Under the pieces are notes generated by a model. The model worked only from the letters and a program-made list of their open reading frames with translations, did not search any database and was not told the DNA's origin. A stretch of DNA of 64,000 nucleotides, from the NCBI GenBank assembly GCA_963693095.2, contig OY843768.1, positions 288,001 through 352,000 of the forward strand. The letters are read 5' to 3'. A program made the position numbers and the translations under genes. Origin of the DNA: Cenarchaeum sp. (GTDB lineage: Archaea > Thermoproteota > Nitrososphaeria > Nitrososphaerales > Nitrosopumilaceae). Below are positions 1-8,468 of the stretch, one piece after another (positions within the stretch are counted from its first letter, which is position 1; every line of letters begins with the position of its first letter).

Positions 1-246
1 GTCACCAGCGGCCAGGAGTCCGAGCAGGCCTACGTGTACCTCGTGCAGGTCAGGGACTCCAACAACATCACGCTCTCGCTCACGTGGACAAGCTCCACGC
101 TAAACCCCGGCGAGTCGCTCACGCCGTCAATGTCGTGGCAGCCGACGGCGGCCGGTTACTACACGGCGACGGTCTTTGTCTGGGAGTCCATAGACAACCC
201 GATTGCGCTCTCGCCGCAGGCCGAGCTGCCATTCACGGTTGCCTAG
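1..246 (+). CDS. S-layer protein (SlaA-type), C-terminal end; partial at window start
   Basis: YLVQVRDSNNITLSLTW...PSMSWQPTAAGYYTATVFVWESIDNPIALSP resembles the C-terminal Ig-like domain of Nitrosopumilus S-layer proteins; frame open to base 1. Confidence 0.75.
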   Translation, partial: VTSGQESEQAYVYLVQVRDSNNITLSLTWTSSTLNPGESLTPSMSWQPTAAGYYTATVFVWESIDNPIALSPQAELPFTVA

Positions 247-324
247 GCCGGTGCACTCGGGCGGCTTGTTCACCGCCCTGGCCCGCTTTGTGGAGCTAAC
301 GCGCTGATCCTTGACCGCGACTGC

Positions 325-546
325 GTGCTCGTCGACGTGTGCGGCTTGCACGACGCGGCGATCGCGCCGACAGTTGGGCGCCTGCTCGGGGAGCCCTGCG
401 CGGCGGAGGGGCGCGGTGGGCAGGCGCTGATCGGACCCAACGCCTCGCTCGTCGACGCCGTTACGGTGCGCCTGCTACGGAGGGCGACCGGCCGCAGGCC
501 CGGGGTCGTCACGGGCTCCATGCGCGGAGGCGGCGCCCACAGATAA
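325..546 (+). CDS. small hypothetical protein
   Basis: 73-aa ORF filling the gap before SBDS; no recognisable motif; start uncertain. Confidence 0.3.
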   Translation: MLVDVCGLHDAAIAPTVGRLLGEPCAAEGRGGQALIGPNASLVDAVTVRLLRRATGRRPGVVTGSMRGGGAHR

Positions 547-573
547 ATAGGCGGGCAGTCGGGGGGCTGCGAC

Positions 574-1260
574 ATGGCCGACATGAGCGTCGTAAAGTAT
601 TCGCACGAGGGCGAGCGCTTTGAGATACTCGTAAAGCCAGACCCCGCGCTTGACTACAAGCTCGGCAAAAAGTCAGACATCTCGCAGGTTCTAGTCTCTG
701 ATGAGATATATTCGGACTCTGGCCGCGGGACGCGCGCCTCCTCTGAAAAGCTCCAAAAGGCGTTCAAGACAGATGACGCGACTGCGATAGCCGAGCACAT
801 ACTAAAGCACGGCGACCTTGGCCTGACGACTGACCAGCGCCGCAAGATGATCGAGGAGAAGCGCAAGAGAATAGTCGACGAGATAGCGCGCACGTACGTG
901 GATCCGCGATCCCACCTGCCCCACCCACCCATGCGCGTCGAGCAGGCCATGAAGGACGCGCGGATCACGATAGACCCCCAAAAGTCCATCCCCGAGCAGG
1001 TCTCGCGCATCGTCGACGAGCTGCGCAGCGTCATCCCGCTAAAGTCCGAGACGATGACCCTGGAGATCGTGGTTCCGGCCCAGTATGCGGCCCAATCGTA
1101 CTCTGTCCTAAAGTCGGCCGGCTCGCTAAAGCACGAGGAGTGGCTCCAGAACGGCTCCCTCAAGGCAATACTTGAAATACCCGCCGCATCGCGGCCCGGC
1201 GTGCTAGACAGGTTAGCCTCAGTCACCAAGGGAACGGCGAGCGCCGAGATGCAGAAATGA
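574..1260 (+). CDS. sdo1: ribosome assembly factor SBDS/Sdo1
   Basis: GERFEILVKPD, ARTYVDPRSHLPHPPMRVEQAM motifs; first gene of the archaeal exosome superoperon. Confidence 0.95.
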   Translation: MADMSVVKYSHEGERFEILVKPDPALDYKLGKKSDISQVLVSDEIYSDSGRGTRASSEKLQKAFKTDDATAIAEHILKHGDLGLTTDQRRKMIEEKRKRIVDEIARTYVDPRSHLPHPPMRVEQAMKDARITIDPQKSIPEQVSRIVDELRSVIPLKSETMTLEIVVPAQYAAQSYSVLKSAGSLKHEEWLQNGSLKAILEIPAASRPGVLDRLASVTKGTASAEMQK

Positions 1261-1940
1261 CCCAGCATGGAATGCCCCGCACGGTGATGCCCGGAGACGT
1301 CATCACGCGCGAGGCCCGCAGGGCCGGCGACAATGTCGTCCTCGAGGGTGACACGCTTGTCTCCTCGGCCGTCGGCCTCGTCAACGTGACTGATGACACG
1401 GTGAGCGTCATGCCCCTTGCCGGCAAGTACATCCCAAAGCCCGATGACCTCATCGTCGGCATGGTCATATCGCACACGTCGCAGGCCTGGGAGCTGGACA
1501 TTAACGCGCCGTACGTCGGCTTTTTGCTCGCCACTGACGTCTTTGGCCGCGACTTTGCCTCACACGCCGACGAGCTCACATCAAAGCTCGCCCTCGGCGA
1601 CCTAGTGGCCGCACGCGTCGCCAACTTTGACCGGACGCGCGACCCGCTCATCACGATAGACGACCGCGACCTCGGCAAGATAGACTCTGGCGAGCTCGTA
1701 AAGATGTCGCCGGGCAAGGTCGCAAGCCTCATCGGCAAGCAGGGCAGCATGATCCAGGCCATAGAGACGGCCACTGATGCGGCCATCACGATAGGGCAGA
1801 ACGGGTGGGTCGTGATCTCCTGTGAAAGCCCCGATGGCTTATTAAGGGCCAAAAGGGCAGTTGAGACAATTGAGCAAGGGGCATATTCACCAGGGCTTAT
1901 GGACAGGGTCAAGTCCGTCCTTGGGTCGAGGAGCGGATAG
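1257..1940 (+). CDS. rrp4: exosome RNA-binding subunit Rrp4
   Basis: S1 + KH domains (YIPKPDDLIVG, LIGKQGSMI, IGQNGWV); operon position. Confidence 0.95.
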   Translation: MTQHGMPRTVMPGDVITREARRAGDNVVLEGDTLVSSAVGLVNVTDDTVSVMPLAGKYIPKPDDLIVGMVISHTSQAWELDINAPYVGFLLATDVFGRDFASHADELTSKLALGDLVAARVANFDRTRDPLITIDDRDLGKIDSGELVKMSPGKVASLIGKQGSMIQAIETATDAAITIGQNGWVVISCESPDGLLRAKRAVETIEQGAYSPGLMDRVKSVLGSRSG

Positions 1941-1943
1941 GAA

Positions 1944-2678
1944 ATGGGCGGACGGGACACAGACGTCGTACTGCTAGACGCCAATGGCATCCGCTGCGAC
2001 GGTCGCAAGATCGACGAGCCTCGCCGCGTAATGATAAAGGCCGGCGTTCTCCACAACGCAAACGGCTCGGCGTACATTGAGTTTGGCGACAACAAGATAA
2101 TCGCCGGCGTGTTCGGCCCGCGTGACGTTCACCCAAAGCACCAGTCAAACGCCGAGACGGGGATACTGCGCGTGCGCTACCACATGCAGCCATACTCGGT
2201 GAGCGAGCGCAAGAGGCCAGCGCCGTCGCGCCGCGAGATCGAGATATCAAAGGTGATAAAGGAGGCGCTCCTGCCGGCAGTCATGCTAGAAAAGTTTCCG
2301 CGAACCGCAGTTGACGTGTTCATCGAGATACTCCAGGCCGACGGCGGCTCGCGCTGCGCGGCCCTTGATGCCGCAGCCGTCGCGCTAGCTGACGCGGGAA
2401 TACCGATGAGGGACATGGTCTCGGCATGTGCTGCCGGCAAGGTTGCTGACACGATCGTCCTTGACGTCAACAACGAGGAGGATCAGGCGGGCCAGGCTGA
2501 CATGCCAGTCGCCATAATGCCGTCATCTGGCAAGGTCACGCTCCTGCAGCTCGACGGCGTGCTCAGCGCAGACGAGTACAAGCGGTGCGTGCAGACGGGC
2601 ATTGACGGGTGCAGGCTAGTCTATGAGATACAGAAAAAGGCGCTAGAGGAGCGCTACTTTGCGGGGGCGAGCCAGTAA
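1944..2678 (+). CDS. rrp41: exosome exonuclease Rrp41
   Basis: RNase PH fold: DGRK...GSAYIEFG, FPRTAVDVFIEILQADGGSR, EEDQAGQADMP. Confidence 0.97.
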   Translation: MGGRDTDVVLLDANGIRCDGRKIDEPRRVMIKAGVLHNANGSAYIEFGDNKIIAGVFGPRDVHPKHQSNAETGILRVRYHMQPYSVSERKRPAPSRREIEISKVIKEALLPAVMLEKFPRTAVDVFIEILQADGGSRCAALDAAAVALADAGIPMRDMVSACAAGKVADTIVLDVNNEEDQAGQADMPVAIMPSSGKVTLLQLDGVLSADEYKRCVQTGIDGCRLVYEIQKKALEERYFAGASQ

Positions 2679-3493
2679 TGGGGACAGTCTCGATACTTGA
2701 CGGACTAAAGCGCAAGATGGTGACTGACTCGCTGGCCTCCGGGCGCCGCACCGACGGGCGTGCGCCAGGCGAGATGCGCGAGCTCACAATAGAGACGGGC
2801 GTCATACCAAAGGCCGAGGGCTCGGCCCGCGTTCGCCTTGGACGCACCGAGGTCGTCACTGGAGTAAAGGTAAACCCCGACAGGCCGTTTCCGGACACGG
2901 GAGACCGCGGCACGTTCATCTGCACCGCCGAGATTCCTCCTCTTGCCCACCCTGATGCCGAGGCCGGCCCGCCAAGCGAGGCCGTCATAGAGCTCGCGCG
3001 CGTCGTTGACCGCGGCATACGCGAGAGCCACATGGTCGACATGTCACAGCTCGTCATAAAGCGCGACGTCTCAGTCATCGGCGTGTTCACCGACAACGCT
3101 GTCCTGGACAACGGCGGCAACCTCTTTGATGCGTGCTCGTATGCCTCGACTGCGGCAATCCTCTCGTGCAAGATGCCGGTGTGGGAGATGGTCGATGACG
3201 CGCCAAAGCGCGTCGAGGGCCAGCTGCGCGCCCCGCCAATCACGACGGTTCCGGTCTCGGTGACGATGGGCCGCATAGGCGAGCACATCGTCGTGGACCC
3301 AAACGCGGACGAGTGGACGTGCCTTGATGCGAGGCTGACGATAACGACAAACTCGGATGGCAACATCTGCGCGCTCCAAAAGGGCGGGCGTGACGGCTTT
3401 ACTCCCGAGCAGCTCAACGAGTGTGCCGAGACGGCAATCTCGGTGGGTGCGCGCGTGCGCCCAAAGCTAGAGGCGGCTCGCTCGAGCCAGTGA
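2678..3493 (+). CDS. rrp42: exosome subunit Rrp42
   Basis: RTDGR, KAEGSARVRLG, IELARVVDRGIRES, LDNGGNLFDA. Confidence 0.97.
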   Translation: MGTVSILDGLKRKMVTDSLASGRRTDGRAPGEMRELTIETGVIPKAEGSARVRLGRTEVVTGVKVNPDRPFPDTGDRGTFICTAEIPPLAHPDAEAGPPSEAVIELARVVDRGIRESHMVDMSQLVIKRDVSVIGVFTDNAVLDNGGNLFDACSYASTAAILSCKMPVWEMVDDAPKRVEGQLRAPPITTVPVSVTMGRIGEHIVVDPNADEWTCLDARLTITTNSDGNICALQKGGRDGFTPEQLNECAETAISVGARVRPKLEAARSSQ

Positions 3494-3500
3494 GCGCGCC

Positions 3501-3710
3501 ATGGCCAAGAAAAAGTCGCTCAAGGGCCTTGGCACGAGATACGGGATAAAGATCCGCAAACAGTACACAAAGATACACCTCCAGCTAAAGCAAAAGCGCG
3601 CATGCCCAGAGTGCGGCGCGATGCGCGTCACGCGCGTCGCAGTCGGGATATGGACATGCAAAAAGTGCGGCTATACGATTGCCGGCACGGCGTACAATGT
3701 CAAGCTCTAG
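3501..3710 (+). CDS. rpl37ae: 50S ribosomal protein L37ae (eL43)
   Basis: GTRYG, CPECG...RVAVGIWTCKKCG zinc ribbon. Confidence 0.95.
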   Translation: MAKKKSLKGLGTRYGIKIRKQYTKIHLQLKQKRACPECGAMRVTRVAVGIWTCKKCGYTIAGTAYNVKL

Positions 3711-3933
3711 TGCGCGCATAGAGGTTCATGCCGGCGAGCTCGCCGGCTCGATCATCGAGTCACTCTCCGGCGAGGGCGGCTATGGCATGACCCTGGCGCG
3801 AGACGGCGACACGGTAATCATAGACCTCGACGATCAGGCCTTGCCGCACCTGCGCGCCGCGATTAACTCTGTGCTCCGCCTGGTCCAGGCCGGCCATGGC
3901 GCACTCGACGCGTCTGGCACGCCGCGCGGGTAG
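3697..3933 (+). CDS. pcc1: KEOPS complex subunit Pcc1
   Basis: ~78 aa with LPHLRAAINSVLRLV motif, downstream of L37ae as in other archaea. Confidence 0.8.
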   Translation: MSSSSARIEVHAGELAGSIIESLSGEGGYGMTLARDGDTVIIDLDDQALPHLRAAINSVLRLVQAGHGALDASGTPRG

Positions 3934-3943
3934 GTGCGCGGAC

Positions 3944-4429
3944 ATGCGCCGCGCGCGCGAGTCACCAGAGGTGCGCAGCCGCATAATGTCGGCCATACGC
4001 TCGACGAACACAAAGCCAGAGATTGCCGTGCGCCGCGCCATCTGGAGCCGCGGCCTGCGCTACCGCATACACGACAGGTCCGTTCCTGGCACGCCGGACA
4101 TCTCCAACAGGTCGCGCCGCGTCGCCGTGTTCATCGACGGCTGCTTTTGGCACGCGTGCCCCAAATGCTACCGCGAGCCGCGCTCCAACGTGACGTTCTG
4201 GCGCGCCAAGATATCGCGCAACAGGGCCCGGCGGACAGAGGTCAAAAAGATGCTCAACGTCGACGGCTGGCTCGTCGTGCAGGCCTGGGAGCATGAGATT
4301 CGGCGCAGCCCCGAGCGTGTTGCTGACCGCATCGAGAAAAAGTTCAGGATCGGCGCAGCACGGGGGCGTGTGGGCCATGGCAGGGGGGCGACACGGCGGC
4401 GCGCCATCCCGCAGCGTGGCCGCCCCTAG
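3944..4429 (+). CDS. vsr: very short patch repair (Vsr) endonuclease
   Basis: RSRIMSAIRSTNTKPE, PGTPDI, VFIDGCFWHACP, FWRAKISRNRAR, WEHEI motifs. Confidence 0.9.
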   Translation: MRRARESPEVRSRIMSAIRSTNTKPEIAVRRAIWSRGLRYRIHDRSVPGTPDISNRSRRVAVFIDGCFWHACPKCYREPRSNVTFWRAKISRNRARRTEVKKMLNVDGWLVVQAWEHEIRRSPERVADRIEKKFRIGAARGRVGHGRGATRRRAIPQRGRP

Positions 4430-4522
4430 GGCCTGCGCTTGTGCGCACGGCCACCGTGCGTGATCCCGGGATCGACGGTATAATTAAAATATGGACAGCC
4501 GCGCGCCCGCCTCGAGATCGAC

Positions 4523-5458
4523 ATGACCTTTGCGCACATATCTGACATTCACCTGGGCCAAAAGCAGTATGGCGCCGGGGAGCGCGAGGAGGACATGTAT
4601 GACGCCTTTGGCCAGGCCGTCGACATCTCGATCAGGGATCACGTCGAGTTTGTCCTGATCTCTGGTGACCTCTTTGACATGGCCGGCAAGGGCAAGAGGG
4701 CAGTCGTGGAGTTTAGCGCGGCCGCTGCCAGGCTCTCCGACGCGGGCATACGGTCATACTATGTGCTCGGCGAGCACGACACGGCGAGGATAGGCGCAAC
4801 GCCGCTGGACTTTGCGCGCAACACGCTGGCTCCGGCAAGGCATGCCGGCGACGGCGAGCCGCTCGTCCACGAGGGCACAATGATCATCGGCTTTGACATG
4901 TTCGCCCCTGACGAGCTAGATCGCGCAAGGGAGACCATTGCGGCCGCCGGACGCCTCGCCGGCGAACACAACGGCAAGAGCGTGCTGCTCATGCACCAGG
5001 GGATAATCGACGCGACGGGAGTTCCCGGCGAGCTCGGCGTTGACGCGCTGCCCTCACAGTTCTCGTACTATGCGATGGGCCACCTCCATGACCGCTATGA
5101 CGCGCGGCCTGCCTCGCTTGGAGGCCCAATTGCGTATCCGGGCTCGACAGAGGTTGCCATACACGAGGGCATCAATGGCTCAAAAAAGGGATTCTATGAG
5201 GTGGACCTGTCCGGAGACTCTGCCTCGCTGTCGTGGATTGGCCTCGACACGCGCCCGCACATATCGTTCTCGGCCGAATATGGCGAGCTCGCATCGCGCG
5301 CCGGCGAGATTGCGGCAGCGGCTGCCGCGTGCGCCAAAAAGCCAGTCGTGGGCCTGAGCCTGGGGGGCACGTTTGATGCGGCCGAGGCCCGCAGGATTGC
5401 GGCTCCCATACGCGAGGCCTCGATATGGTGCCAGATAACGTCGGCCGGAAGATCCTGA
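4523..5458 (+). CDS. Mre11/SbcD-like metallophosphoesterase (DNA repair exonuclease)
   Basis: SDIHLG, SGDLFD, LGEHD, LMHQG, YAMGHLH, YPGS motifs. Confidence 0.85.
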   Translation: MTFAHISDIHLGQKQYGAGEREEDMYDAFGQAVDISIRDHVEFVLISGDLFDMAGKGKRAVVEFSAAAARLSDAGIRSYYVLGEHDTARIGATPLDFARNTLAPARHAGDGEPLVHEGTMIIGFDMFAPDELDRARETIAAAGRLAGEHNGKSVLLMHQGIIDATGVPGELGVDALPSQFSYYAMGHLHDRYDARPASLGGPIAYPGSTEVAIHEGINGSKKGFYEVDLSGDSASLSWIGLDTRPHISFSAEYGELASRAGEIAAAAAACAKKPVVGLSLGGTFDAAEARRIAAPIREASIWCQITSAGRS

Positions 5459-5500
5459 GTCGGCATATACTCTTATTGATTGGTCCTGCGCCGCGTGAGC

Positions 5501-6151
5501 ATGGCGCTGCGCGACCTCGACCTAAAGCAAGAGTACCGCTCTGACCGAGACGACATCGTCCACGGGTTCTTTATCAGGTGCCTTGCAAACTCGGTCAGCT
5601 ATGACCGCTCAATAGAGCACGTCTCTGTCAAGAGCCTCACGACGCTTGCGCTAAACTCGACGAACACGTCTGACATGCGCCTCCGCATAGTGTCAGGAAC
5701 GAGGTTTCGCGCATCAGACATTGCGACGCTGAGCAAGATGTTCTCGGATCGCAAGGTCGGCCATGCGGGCGAGCGAATGCGCGAGGGCAAGCTTGCGGCC
5801 CTCCAGTCAATGATTCGCGCGGGGCGCCTGCAGATAAAGGTCGCAATACCAAGCTCTGAGGACATCGTCGGCTTGTTCACCGAGAGGATTGGGATATTTG
5901 CCGATGAGGCCGGAGACATTGTCGCGTTCACCGGAACGTCAAACCGCACGTTTGACTCGCAGAGCCTCGACTTTGAGTCCATCGACGTGTTCACGTCATG
6001 GGAGGACACATCGCGCGTCGAGACAAAGGTGCGAGACTTTGGCAAGCTCTGGGCAAACGAGACTCGCTATCTCTCGGTGTGTGACTTTGCGCGCGCCGAG
6101 GCCGAGAACCTCCTAAAGTACTCGTCATCGTGGGCAGTCTCACTTGAGTGA
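5501..6151 (+). CDS. stand-alone degenerate PLD-like domain protein
   Basis: YRSDRDDIV...FF, ERIGIFADEAGDIVAFTGTSN, FESIDVFTSW...FGKLW resemble the N-terminal PLD domain of PLD-SF2 helicase fusions; HxK replaced by TER. Confidence 0.6.
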   Translation: MALRDLDLKQEYRSDRDDIVHGFFIRCLANSVSYDRSIEHVSVKSLTTLALNSTNTSDMRLRIVSGTRFRASDIATLSKMFSDRKVGHAGERMREGKLAALQSMIRAGRLQIKVAIPSSEDIVGLFTERIGIFADEAGDIVAFTGTSNRTFDSQSLDFESIDVFTSWEDTSRVETKVRDFGKLWANETRYLSVCDFARAEAENLLKYSSSWAVSLE

Positions 6152-6703
6152 TGCGCCCTCGCGGGCCCTGTTCTCCGGAAACGTTGATGGCGTTATCTTG
6201 TAGTATATGACCTCGCCGCGGCCGTCAACGACGGCAACTATGGGCTCCTTTCCCATGCGCGTCATCTCTACCACCTTTTCCTGCAGTGCGCCGGCAGTCT
6301 CGCGCGTCCCGTCGCTAAACCCAAAGACGAGGTACTTTGCGCCCTTTTTGCCATAGTCGCCGCGCTCGTACACGCAAAAGTCCGTCCCAAACCCAAAGCC
6401 GTCGCGCACCGTGTACCCGCGGGCCCGCAGGTCCCTGTATATGAGAAAGCGCTCTAGTGCGCCTTCGGACTTTTTTCTTGCGGCGCGCATGAGCTCGTCA
6501 AACCCAACGGTGCGCTCCCCGCGGCGCATGGTGAGCGATCCGCGGTACACAAGGTAGAGCGCCTCGTGGGCCGCGAGGACCTGCGCCTCGCCGCTCGCCT
6601 CGCCGTACCCGTCGCCTCGCAGCTCGGCCGCGCCCGACCCGCCGGCGACGCTGACCTTGATGCCTGACACCGTGCCGGCAAACCTTGGCTTTTCTGCCTC
6701 CAT
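6140..6703 (-). CDS. endA: tRNA-intron endonuclease subunit
   Basis: EALYL, FLIYRDLRARGYTVRDGFGFGTDFCVY, AVVDGRGEVIYY. Confidence 0.85.
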   Translation of the reverse strand: MEAEKPRFAGTVSGIKVSVAGGSGAAELRGDGYGEASGEAQVLAAHEALYLVYRGSLTMRRGERTVGFDELMRAARKKSEGALERFLIYRDLRARGYTVRDGFGFGTDFCVYERGDYGKKGAKYLVFGFSDGTRETAGALQEKVVEMTRMGKEPIVAVVDGRGEVIYYKITPSTFPENRAREGASLK

Positions 6704-6844
6704 GGGACACGCCGCATGCAATTTTTCAATATAAGGATACGTGGGGGGCCGCGATGCGGCCACCGTGGGTGCCGACTGCCGTCCACCGGTCGCCCCACCT
6801 GCCTATCAGGGTTAAATATGGGCACCATGGCGCGTGGGGACAGA

Positions 6845-7336
6845 ATGCACGGGGCAAACTATCGGCACGGCAACGGCCAGCCATACACGCGAAAAAAGTA
6901 CATCAAGGGCAAGCCGCAATCAAAGATCGCAAAGTACCATGGCGGCAAGCCCGGCGAGTATGACGTCTGCGTGCAGCTCCTCATACGCGAAAAGGTCCAG
7001 ATACGCCACATGGCCATCGAGTCTGCCAGGCTCGCGGCCAACAAGACGCTAGAAAAGACGACTGGCGAGACTGGCTACTTTTCGCGCCTTCGCATATACC
7101 CGCACGTGCTACTTCGCGAGAACAAGATGATTGCAGCCGCCGGAGCCGACAGGCTTCAGGAGGGGATGCGCCGCGCGTTTGGCAAGGCCGTCAGCCTTGC
7201 GGCCCGGCTCCAGGCCGGCCAGTGCGTCATGGAGATGCACGTCAACCGCGAGCACGTCGAGGCGGCAAAAAAGGCGCTTCACATCGCGTGCATAAAGCTG
7301 CCGGGAACGCCGCTCATTCGCGTTATCGACAACTAG
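6845..7336 (+). CDS. rpl10e: 50S ribosomal protein L10e/uL16
   Basis: PYTRKKYIKGKP, QIRHMAIESAR, RENKMIAAAGADRLQEGMRRAFGK. Confidence 0.97.
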   Translation: MHGANYRHGNGQPYTRKKYIKGKPQSKIAKYHGGKPGEYDVCVQLLIREKVQIRHMAIESARLAANKTLEKTTGETGYFSRLRIYPHVLLRENKMIAAAGADRLQEGMRRAFGKAVSLAARLQAGQCVMEMHVNREHVEAAKKALHIACIKLPGTPLIRVIDN

Positions 7337-7593
7337 CGGTCCAGCGCGCGCTCGAGGTCCGGCCCCCTTGCGCCGAGCATCCTGACAAACTCGCCAGTCT
7401 CTGCCTCTGTGGGATCCCTCCCGCATATCCTCCTCGTCTGGTAATAGAACGAGTTGTAGAGCATGCCGACGAGCATTGCGTATGGCGTGACAGCGCCGCG
7501 CCCGACGGCATCGGCAATGCCGGTTAGCTCTGCCCTGCGCTCAGTCGCCTCGGCGATCTTTGCGTCTATGCGCTCCTTGACCCTTGGATCCAT
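7333..7593 (-). CDS. hypothetical protein (86 aa)
   Basis: GMLYNSFYYQTRRICGRDPTEAE, reminiscent of a conserved thaumarchaeal small protein. Confidence 0.65.
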   Translation of the reverse strand: MDPRVKERIDAKIAEATERRAELTGIADAVGRGAVTPYAMLVGMLYNSFYYQTRRICGRDPTEAETGEFVRMLGARGPDLERALDR

Positions 7594-7611
7594 GGCGCGG
7601 CGCGTGCGCAC

Positions 7612-8439
7612 GTGACTAAAAAGCGTGACGTGCGATCCGGCCGTCGGCGTTTTATACGGGCACGCCTGCGCCCCGTGCCGATGATCAATGTGCGCGAGGG
7701 CGACGGCGGCAAGACTGTCCATGCGGCAGTGACTGACTTTGTCAACGTCATGGGATACTGTGAGCACAAGCTCGCCCCCATCGTCGAGGGCGTGGAGGTT
7801 CCGACGCCGGTGGCAGTAAGGCGCGGCGGCGCGGCGCACGTTCTAGAGGAGGCCAAGGACGCCAAGGATGTCGCCGAGAGGATCGAGCGCGGCGAGCTCG
7901 TCGAGGCAACCGAGGAGGCAATCGCAGATCCGGGCACACAGGTCGAGCTAGAGCGCGAGAGCGTGTACACCACACTGGAGATGCCAGTGTCATCTGGCGG
8001 CCGCAGCGCATCGGTCTGCCTCTTTGGCAGGGCCGACAAGGTCTGCCGCGTCAACGGCGCGCTGCGCGTCATAGACAACAAGTTTGCCGCAAACCCCGCA
8101 CGCTATGACTCGCGCGACGAGCCGTTCATGGACCAAAAGCTGCAGGTTCTCGCGTACCTCAACTCGTCATTCTCGACGACCAAGGCCCGCACCGATTCCC
8201 TTGACATACCGCACGAGAGCAAGGAGTGGTCCATCCAGATACATGACGCAATCACGCGCGAGCCGGCCAAGACGTTCCTCAAGACGCAGAGCGAGCATGA
8301 CCGCAGGGTCCTGGCCCACAACGTGTCGCGCTTTGCCGGCATTGCGCTAGGGTGGGAAAAGCCCGTCCACCACGACAACCCGCGCAAGTGCCGCCCGTGC
8401 CAGTACATTGGCGTGTGCAAGTTTGCGCTGCATGAATAG
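7612..8439 (+). CDS. Cas4/RecB-like PD-(D/E)XK nuclease with Fe-S staple cysteines
   Basis: N-terminal YCEHK, GRADK...VIDNK, QVLAY, C-terminal CRPCQYIGVC. Confidence 0.7.
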   Translation: MTKKRDVRSGRRRFIRARLRPVPMINVREGDGGKTVHAAVTDFVNVMGYCEHKLAPIVEGVEVPTPVAVRRGGAAHVLEEAKDAKDVAERIERGELVEATEEAIADPGTQVELERESVYTTLEMPVSSGGRSASVCLFGRADKVCRVNGALRVIDNKFAANPARYDSRDEPFMDQKLQVLAYLNSSFSTTKARTDSLDIPHESKEWSIQIHDAITREPAKTFLKTQSEHDRRVLAHNVSRFAGIALGWEKPVHHDNPRKCRPCQYIGVCKFALHE

Positions 8440-8468
8440 CCTGCAGCCAAGGGTTAAGTAAGCGCGCC

